64,000 nt of DNA. It comes from the human T2T-CHM13v2.0 reference genome, Homo sapiens. Below are positions 54,599-64,000 of the stretch, piece after piece (the stretch's first letter is position 1; each line of letters opens with the position of its first letter). The notes beneath the pieces were generated by a model that saw only the letters and a program-made list of their open reading frames with translations, was not told the origin of the DNA and searched no databases. The position numbers and the translations under genes were made by a program. Location of the stretch: assembly GCF_009914755.1 (NCBI RefSeq), contig NC_060935.1; one strand, 5' to 3'.

Positions 54599-57500
54599 CT
54601 GGTATCGCCATGTAACCTGAAACTAAAGTTGAATCTTCAAGGTCACAAATAAACATTTGAAAGGTTTAATGCCCAACCAGGGATGCCATGCCAAAAAAAA
54701 AAAAAAAAAAAAAAAAAAAAACAAGAAAGAAAAAAGAAAAAGAAAGAAAAAGAAAAAAACAAGCAAACAAACAAACAAAAAACTTTGAAAAGTACCAACA
54801 CCAAAATCTTAGCATTCAGAGCCTCAGTATTGTTCAAAAGTTATTAAAGTGGATGAAGGGAGCACAATGAAAGGTTTTGCCACCAGAGAATTACATAGCA
54901 TATGACAATACTGAATGCATAATTTTCCCCACTTCTTTCTAACTTCTTAATCTAAATGGGTCACATTTCTGTCAGCAAACAAATTCCTATAGTCAATACA
55001 ATTTCTTGGAAATCTGACATTATTATAAACACTTCAAATTACTTTACCTTCTTGGTAAACTATCAGTTTCTCAGATTTTTGTTTCCACACAAGCTCAAAA
55101 GTCTCCATGTATGTAATTTCACTTTTTTTAAACCTTTTAGCGTATGTCTCACGTGGTCTTGTTGCCAAGAGAGTGTAACATAAGTACATTTCTAAAACTT
55201 ACCATTTACATAAAACTTGAATTTTCAAGTAGAGCCATTTGAGACCTCAGATCTATTCTTCCATCCCTCTTGAATGTATATGTTCTTGATTTGTTTGGAA
55301 CTGCCATCCATGTAAGTATCTTATTCTACCACTAAGTGGTTGGAGCATAGGTAAAAGTATTCGAACTTCGGGCGTGCATCCAAGATTTGATTTTTCAGCA
55401 GTTTAAAACAAAACTACCTGATGTGTTCCACTGTATGAGATCAAAAATAGACAGTGTTATCTTTGTGAGACAACATCAAAATTTGATTTAAAATATTCAG
55501 ATGAAACATTTTTTTCTTAAGGTTGTTTCTGTGGGTAAACTCAAGGGAAGATTAATTCTATACCTAGAAGCTGTAATTGATCTGGCACTGATATACATAT
55601 ATAGTCTGTTTTTTAATCAGTATTTGGATCATATTCCAAAGTGTCAGTTTTATGTGATAGTTAAAACAGTTTGTGGCAGGAAGAACTTTAAAAGATTTTC
55701 ATGAATCTCAATTAAATAACTTGAAGTTTTAAAAATTCAATCACATTAAAATATTTTTTGTTTTTTAATAAAGTTCTGATTTGATAGATTATCACATTAA
55801 TTACAAACCTTCAGGGCTCGCCTTTGTCCATTGTTTAAAATGCTTAGTGTAGTGTGTTAAAAGTTCTTCAACTCTGGGACCAAATTTTTAGCCCCTTCTT
55901 ACAGAAGTTTTTTTTCCTTCTGCTCACAACTTAACTTGTCAGTCCTTGAAAAATGCTCTCTTTTGAATAGTTAGAAGGCTATTCTTCCTTTCCCCATTTA
56001 ACAAATCTCGCTCATCCTTTAAGACTCAATTTACATGTCATCTCATTCATTCATTCAACAAATAGATAATGAGCACTTGCTGTGTACCAGTCACTATGCT
56101 TAGTGCTTTATAAATTAATTCATTTAATACTCTCAAATGTTTTTGTGAAGTCGATATTAATGTTATCATTTCACAAAGACAGGTAAGAACTGCCTACCTT
56201 TTGTCCCACTCCACTCCACCCACCATTCTGACTGTGGAAGCTCCATGGGTGTCCCCATTATTGGATTGCGCTGACACCATTAGTCTTCACCACCAGTCAG
56301 TTTCTTTAGGACTGCCTCCTCTCCCATGGCCAAACCTCAGAGAAGGACTACATGAATTTTCTAGACTGCTATAGGTATACAGTAAAAAAAAAAAAAAAAA
56401 AAAAAAAGAAAGAAAGAAAGAGACTCTGATTAATGTGGCATAAACCTGGTTGCATCTTGAGAATTTCAGTCTAGAGATTCAAGTTAGTTTGTTAGCAAAA
56501 TGGCTTTAGTTCCTACTATGCTTTTCCTATGTGGTGACTACAAGTTGTCTTCTTATTCCCATCAACTATTAAGACTAATTAAGGAGTAAGATATTATTTG
56601 TATTTAGCTCATTTTGATCAATATCAGAAAACATTTATTGAGTGACTATTATGCAAGGGCATCTACAAACACACACACCAAAAAAACAAAACTTGATGTA
56701 ATAACAAAAAACAATTCAAAACTTTGAGAGAGAACTGTCCTGGGGGAAGAAGTTGAGTATATATTTGAAGCATGTTGTTTCCTGGAGTGTTATGGAGGAT
56801 TTAACACATGAACACGCCAGCAGAATGTAAATGTAACAGAGAGGTTGGGGTAGGAGAAATAGGACACCTCTGTCTTCTTTTCCCAGAAGTGCCCCAAACC
56901 TGTAAGATGAGACCATATGCTCAGTTTATAGCAGGAATGTTTTGGTAAAAGACCTATTTTTTAATTATAATATAATTTTTAAATCATAAAATGTTAGTGG
57001 AATTTGAGAGATTGTTCTATTTTTTCCTATATGCCTGATTGGAAATAATTATTTAAATGGAAAATTAGATATTGTTTTTAAAATGTTACAAGGTATTTTG
57101 GGTTTTGAAACTCAGAAACTAAGAAATTTATTCATATATGGCCCAGTGAGGTGTGCATGAAAGAAAGAATCTGGTTCTACATTCATGTATTACCTCAAGC
57201 CATTCATATGAAAAATTCAGGCCAATGACCACAAGAGGGATGAAGAAGAGAATTTGTTGGATGGATCTGTCTGAAGCCATTAATGCTTTTGGAGAAGAAC
57301 CACCTCTTCCTGCCTTTCCATTCTTCTAGTACTCTAAGACAGTCCCTCAGCCAGAATAGCAATAAACTCTTGGCATCTGGCCCAAGTTTAGGTTCTCTGG
57401 GGCTGGATTGCTCTTATATCAAAAAGTCACATATGAGATCCATCAGTACCAGCAAGCAGAGGAAAGAGTTCTTCTGACTGCTGGGTCAGTAGAATTCATC

Positions 57501-60500
57501 CATAATTCACTCAACAAACAGCAGTTTTATATAAAAGAGAAAATACATTTTACCTTGCTGAGGGCAAAACTAAATGTATTAATAAACCAGTTAAGCAAAA
57601 AGAAGTCGCCTTCATATTGATGTTATGTAATTGTCACTTGCAAAACAACCTGTAGAGCATGGAAAATATCCTATCTAATAAAAAAAATTTGGTGATTATA
57701 AATTGGACTTAGAAGAGTACTAACATAGTATATTCAGGTATCACTGATTACTGGCTTGATTACCAGAGGGAATTAGAAAAAAAAAAAGACTTTTTAATGA
57801 ACTTGGTTACCTAAAAAGAGAAAAAAGAGTATAAACCCAGTTTGTTTCCTTACCTGTTTCTTTCTAGGTTATAAAAAATAGCTTCTGAGAGACAAATAGA
57901 AATATAATTGCCTATTACAATTTTATTTTACCTGTATAATGATAATATAATATCTTTTTTCTTCCTCTTAATCTATTATTCTTGACTAATCTCATCTTTG
58001 AAAGGCAAGTCTTACATTATTTTACATGTAGATTTTTCACATTTCTTCTTACAAGTTTGAATTGTTGATTTAAAAAAAAGTAAAATAAAAGATTTAAACT
58101 TACTATAAAGAGAAAGCATTGGTATATAGCAAAGTGAATGAAATACTGGATAATAGCTCCCAAGAAGCTCTTTTGGGATAATAGTGCAAATTGAACTGCC
58201 TGCCTTGAAAGAACATCACAGGTAGGAGTTGAAGAAATTCTCAGCTTCTCTGATTTCTTTCCAGCCAGTAAATGTGTCTATCAAAGTCACATGGTCAGCA
58301 CTACTTGCTTGCTTGGTTAGACTTGTATTCAGTTAAAAAATAAAATAAAAAATAAAAGCAAATACTGAAATAAGCATATGTTTCTTTTCTCCTGGCAAAA
58401 GGACCTACTGTCTTCTGAAAAGGAAGTAGATTTTAGGCAAAAACATTGTGTGTCTATTAAAATCACTCTACGTACCATCACTCAAAAGCATTTTTTGAAT
58501 AACTTCAGGACCTGGGTTCTGGTATTTCTTACTCCATCTTGAGCACTGATCTGCTTTGTGACACTGATTGAGCCACATCCCTGTACTTTCAGTCCCTGTC
58601 TTGCAAAATACTGGAAATAAATAATGCTCTTTCCAACTGCCACTTGTTATGCTTCTAGTGTCTTATTTATGTTATGGAACTCTGCTATGAGAAGAAAAAT
58701 AGCAGAACACAAAATCTATGAAGTTTCCTGGCCTGATAGTATCTGTTGCAAAATAGTGTTTCTGGGAGGATTACGTGAAATAGTACATATAAAATGTCTA
58801 CCAGATAGCATATGCTCAACAATGTTAATCCACTTGCCACAGGGTCACTTCCAATATCTCACTCTGGTAAAAATTACCTTCACCACCTGAAAATCTCTTT
58901 GTATCAGGCATAATAGCTGGACTTAAGAATAACAGGACTGAAGAATACCTGAAAGTCTAAAATTGTTATTGCAAAATCAGTACACTAACTTTTGCAGGGC
59001 ATTTTTTTTTTTGTAAAGAATGGCATTCTATTTCAACACACTATATTTTACTTAACAACTATTAGTTATTCAATAAGTGGATAACATTTACTTGAATAAG
59101 TGAATGAATAAGTCAATTGAATACCGTACTTCTCCACTACGGCATTAATGTATAATGTATCTTGGGCTATTTGTCTCATTAGTTTACATAGGAGAACCTG
59201 ACTTACTCTGTGATACTGATTTGGCCTGTGTAGCAGATTCCTGTCGTGAATTCAACACGAACTGGGAAAATTTCTCTAACTTTTTTAACCTCGCAGTTGT
59301 TTTTTTTTTCCCTTCCATGTAATGGGCATAATAACACATAATGTACAGAGATTTGTCAAAATTGAAGATAATATCTAACGTCAAATCTATGGTATGAGAT
59401 AAATATGTATTTATTTTTAAGTAAATTTGTATCACTTTTGAGTATATCATGTGCTTTTAAAATAACCACTTTAAATTTACTTTTTAATAACATTTCTGAA
59501 TGTACACTGTTGGGGTAGTGTAGGAGATTCCCTCACTACCTTTGGACTAGGCTGTTGCTCATGACAGCAGAATGAAATTTGCTAACCTCTACTGTGATCC
59601 CGAATTTCTTGTGATCAATATCAAAAAAAGATGTGAAAGGCAGTACTGCTCGTTACACTATAGTTTCTTTTAACTATGCCTGTCTATTATTATTTGGTCA
59701 TAGAAATAAGAAAATGACATTGATATAAAATGCAAATGACTCTTTGAATCAATAATAAATTACTGCTCACAAACTATTCAATAACAAGTAATTGATTTGA
59801 AGCCAGGCAGAATTTTAGACTTATCTATTGTCTTCAGCTGTACAGAGTTAATGAGGATTTGTAATTACTTTGGATTTTAACTAATACATCTTTTTCATTT
59901 TGGAAATTGATTTTATATTAGTGTCATATTTTATGGTTTACACAATTACCTGACTAAATAAAGGTTGACAAAATTGACCATAATCAAAGGCTTGGGAGTA
60001 CAATAAGCCATTTTAATGCATAGAATGTGTTTTCTCTTTTCAAGAATACCCATCTTTTTAAATTTTTTATGTATAATTGTTAAAAATTTCTCCTTTAGAA
60101 TTGTAAAATGGGAAAGGGAATAGCTTTTAGTAACTAAAAAGCATTATTCACATAAAGTTCTTTGGATTTTTCAAATTACATTGTTTACCTAGAAAAAAGT
60201 TGAAAACCTGTATCTGGCATTTTAAATTTCTACGTCATAAGCCATGTACATTTTCTACATTAACCATGTCAAAGTGTGAACTTTTAGTCTCCTTTTTAAA
60301 AGACTGGTTCAAAAAAAAAACAAAAAAGAATATACCAGACATTCTTTGAATGTCACTCACCAAGGAACACTTACATATGCCTCTTGTGAAAAAGAAGAGG
60401 CATAGAACAGCCACTGAAGATATTATCCTAAACTTTTATTTGGCTTGGTTTGGAATTGTCCAGCAGCATAAACACACGATTGCTGTATTCTCAGCTGGAA

Positions 60501-62225
60501 ACAGGTTAAGCTAGAAACACATATTACTACAGCCAAACAAAATAGATCAATTTGTCCATGGTTATTCATTTATGTTTCTCCTTGGGGGTCCCTAAGAAGC
60601 AAATGATATGCAAACAGCTGCATGATTATTGCTATGCTCTTGTTGCTATTTGGTGATTGCTATTTACATGTAAATTACTACTTGGCAAAGTACAACTTCT
60701 CTTCACCAGCAACCAGACAACAAAACAGTTCTTACTAAGCTGTCCAAGATTAATTACTCAAAAATACTTCCTAAAGGATGATTCCTTTAGATTTCTGCAT
60801 TTCCTAGAAAAGTAATTTTAGAATGAATAAAATATAAAAGAACAATCCCACCATGATTCTAAGGCAGTATCTATTTAATAAGCAACTTTAGAAGATTATG
60901 GAAGAATATAGAAATGTAGGTTTCTTGCTGTGAGGACTGATTTGGGCAGAATGGGAAAGAAAAGAAAAACGGAAAGCTAGAGTAGATGCTTAAAGACAGA
61001 TGATAAGAGATCAAAGATAAACTTGATTTATTTCCAAATTTTATCTCTGAGTCAGGCTAGATGATATCACTCCTCGCCCTTAATGTGTTTATACCTAAAA
61101 ATTGTCATGAGACTAGAGATTATTAAACTGCCTGAATTAGGCAAATAAAAAGAAAAGGAGTTCTGCACATTGGTGTCAGTTAACACTTCCGTGCCTTTCT
61201 TTACAAAACAAAAATTATTTAATGATATGAAAATAGATATATTTACAACTGGGTCATAATCTATATGCAGTTTTGCATGTTTTTCTCCTAACATTATATG
61301 AAATGTCATTTTCATATTAATTAATGTAACCACAGCAAAATGTTAATGATTGTATAATATCTCCTTTTATGCCTGCACTGCTACTTATTTAGTCCCCAGA
61401 TGTGTTGTTTTTCACTTTTCACTATTATAGGATATTTTAAAATGGAAATACTTAAGCACGCATCTTTGTTTTACTCATCCAGTTACTTACTTGGAATTTT
61501 TGTAACAAGCATGTGATTAAGGATTTTATACATATTGACAAATTGCTCTCCGGGGAAGTTATCCAATTTACACCACCATTAAATTAGTAAGAGAATGTCA
61601 TTTCCTTCATTTGATTTCATTTAAACTGATCATAGTATCAATAGTCTACTTAGTGACTCTTTTTTTTCCTTCAATTTCATGTTTCAGAGGATATTAATCA
61701 ACCCAAAAAAGTTCAAGCTGTATTAGTATAGTCAAGAAAAATGGGAAAAATGAAAGGATTTATGATTCAACAGAAGAATCATAATCCATTTAATCCACGT
61801 TTAATCCATTTAATCCTGGTTTTTCACAACTGGAATACCTATGATTATAAGCCATAGATTTGGGGGAAGAAAAAATAAGAATTTTAGAAACAGTTGAAAC
61901 AAAGTGAAGACAAGGTTTATTTTCAAATATACCTTGGAGACTTGTAGATTTTATATAAAATAATAGGGTCAAAAGTGACAAGCTTATTTTTACACCATTT
62001 TTGATAAATATGGTTGACTCTATATTAATCAAGATAGTAAGGGAGAAAGAAAGGTATAAATATCCCCTATTACTATTTTAAAAAGGAATTAGTCATAATG
62101 TAATAAAAATAAATTTATTTTAAACTTATTTTATTGTAATAGCATCTAGTATTTTTAACACATAAGTAATTCGATAGACTATCATTCAGCATTTTTTTTC
62201 AACAAACATTTTATTTTTCCAGTAC

Positions 62226-62944
62226 TGTAGGGGTGAAAGTAAAGCATCCCCTTCGCCTTCAGAAAGTTTGCTGAAAACCCATTCCAAAAAGGCAGATTAA
62301 TTGGAGAAAAAGGCATACAAATGTATTGGATCATAGTTTATGTGACATGGGAGCCCTCAGAATGAAGACCCAACTCACTCAATGGGGTGCAGAAGCTTAC
62401 ATACCATCTGGAGGTTACAGAAAGAATGAGGGCTTGGATCCTGGCAAAACAGTTTACAGGAGAGGGGAGAAGAGGAATTTTGAAAAGGAGCAATAAATTA
62501 CTTCTAGGCGGAACTGATGGACTTGAAGAACATAAAATGGTCTAGGACCAAGACTATTGGATCCATAAAGTAGACAATGTTTTGTGACAAAAGTCTGCCT
62601 AGGTTTTAGACAGATTTTAATCTTCCTTCCTGTGATGTGGGTTTTGATAATGAAAACTCAAGAAAGGAAATAGAGGAGATTTTTTTCTTCTTTGGTGTGA
62701 CCAGACTGTAGACAGATAAGGGAACTTCAGCCTGTGCTTTGGGAGAGGTAGAAGATTGAAAAACAGTGGGGGCAGGGGGTGGGGAGGGCAATTGTTCCTC
62801 TCCTTGGTGGGTCTGCCTGGTCTTCATGTAGAGGATAAGTGAAAAGTCTCTTCTAGCATCTGTTGATCTCTAAAGGACTTTAATTTAAAATATTCATTAT
62901 ACCAGGGAGCCATATTTTGAAATAGTATTTCCTGTTCTCCTTCA
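62226..62944 (-). mobile_element. MER34/MER39-group ERV1 solo LTR (LTR29/48-like) inserted in an L2
   Basis: TG...CA termini and TSD gtac/gtat. Shares aggcagattaat...gcatacaaat and gtgacatgggagcc...gaagaccca blocks with the other two LTRs; the L2 tail resumes on both sides. Confidence 0.7.
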
Positions 62945-63181
62945 GTATTTACCATGTGCCAGGCACTGATTGATGTCCTGGACCTAATAATAGTGAATAA
63001 AATAGAGAGTCTCTTGTTTTCTTTTCATGGAGATTCCATTGTAGTGGGAGAAAACAGTCAAAAATCAAGTAAAAAACATAGTAAGCAAAATAGAGGAAAG
63101 TATTATGAAGAAAAATAGAGCAGATTAAAAGTATTAAAAATGATAGAGAATTACAATTTTAAAAAAAGATGAACAGGGAAG

Positions 63182-63810
63182 GGGTTTTAGGGTTCTCCAG
63201 AGAGAACCAATGGAATGGATAGGCAGACATAGAGACAGATGTATACGGGTAGAGAGAAAGAGAGAGAGGATTTATTAGGGTAATTTCTTCCAGATAGAGG
63301 ATTTATTAGGGGAACTGGTTCATGAAATTATGGAGTCTGAGAAGTCCCAGGGCAGGCTATCTGCAAGCTGGAGACCCTGGGATGCCAGTAGCAAGGCTCA
63401 GTCCAAATCTAAACACTTCAGAACCAAGAAAGCCAACGATGTCATTCTCAGTTTGAGGTTGAAGACCTGAGAACGGGGTGATGGTGGGGTGGGGAGGTGG
63501 AATGGTATAAGTCTTGGAGTCCCAAGGTCAAAGAATCTGATGTCCAAGGACAGGAGGAGAAGAATGTCTTCCAAGTTCAGCAGAGAGATTGAGAGAGAGA
63601 GGCCAATTCCTCTTGCGTCTCTTTTTGTTCTATCAGGCGCCCAGCAGATTGGATCACACTAAGGATGGATCTTCCCTGCTCAGTCCACTCAGACTCACTT
63701 GCTAATCTTCTCTGGAAACACCCTCACAAACATACCCCAAAATGATATCTTGCCAGTTCTCAAGCTATTTTTTTATTCCATTCAAGATGACACCTAAAAT
63801 TAACAATCAA
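63182..63810 (-). mobile_element. MLT2B-like ERVL LTR inserted in an L2
   Basis: agggttctccagagagaaccaat...ctgagaagtcc...tctgcaagctggagacc...tgacacctaaaattaac. Confidence 0.75.
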
Positions 63811-64000
63811 AGAAGTCCAATCTGGAGAGGTCAGATTTGAGCATAGATCTGAGTAAAATGAAACGTGAGCAATGTGAATGTCTGGGGAGGATGCTCTTAA
63901 GCAGAGAAAAACCATTTGGAGTATGCTTAGGTGTTTGAAGACTACTAAATGGGCCATTCTGATGGTGTAGTTAGTGAAAGGAAAATTGTCAGAGGGGAGG

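Noticed and set aside
56178-56188. gacAG|GTAAGA as a recursive site
   Set aside because: Purine-rich upstream sequence within a MIR; no polypyrimidine tract.

Overview
AT-rich primate (human-like) genomic DNA lying inside the contactin-5 gene (CNTN5/NB-2, + strand). Four internal coding exons (2475-2656, 11686-11822, 12967-13096, 15406-15556) splice in frame and encode the second half of one C2-type Ig domain, the whole next one and the first half of a third (probably Ig3-Ig5). From 15557 to the end I found no further CNTN5 exon, so this is one long intron. The window holds 13 Alus, a nested L1 cluster with a twin-primed (5'-inverted) L1PA, MER34/MER39-group and MaLR/ERVL solo LTRs, DNA transposon relics, MIR/L2 remnants and GGAA/TTCC microsatellites. 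I found no RNA gene, CRISPR array or convincing new protein-coding gene; most ORFs in the track come from repeats. The leads most worth testing, all hypotheses: (1) the four exons total exactly 600 nt with matching phase and no stop, and inverted Alus flank them, so a back-spliced circle would be an endless ORF; (2) a recursive-splice-like pair of AG|GTAAG sites at about 42.1 kb; (3) several local templated duplications; (4) motif clusters that could be neural enhancers. Repeat subfamily calls and identity counts were made by eye from memory of consensus sequences and need confirmation.
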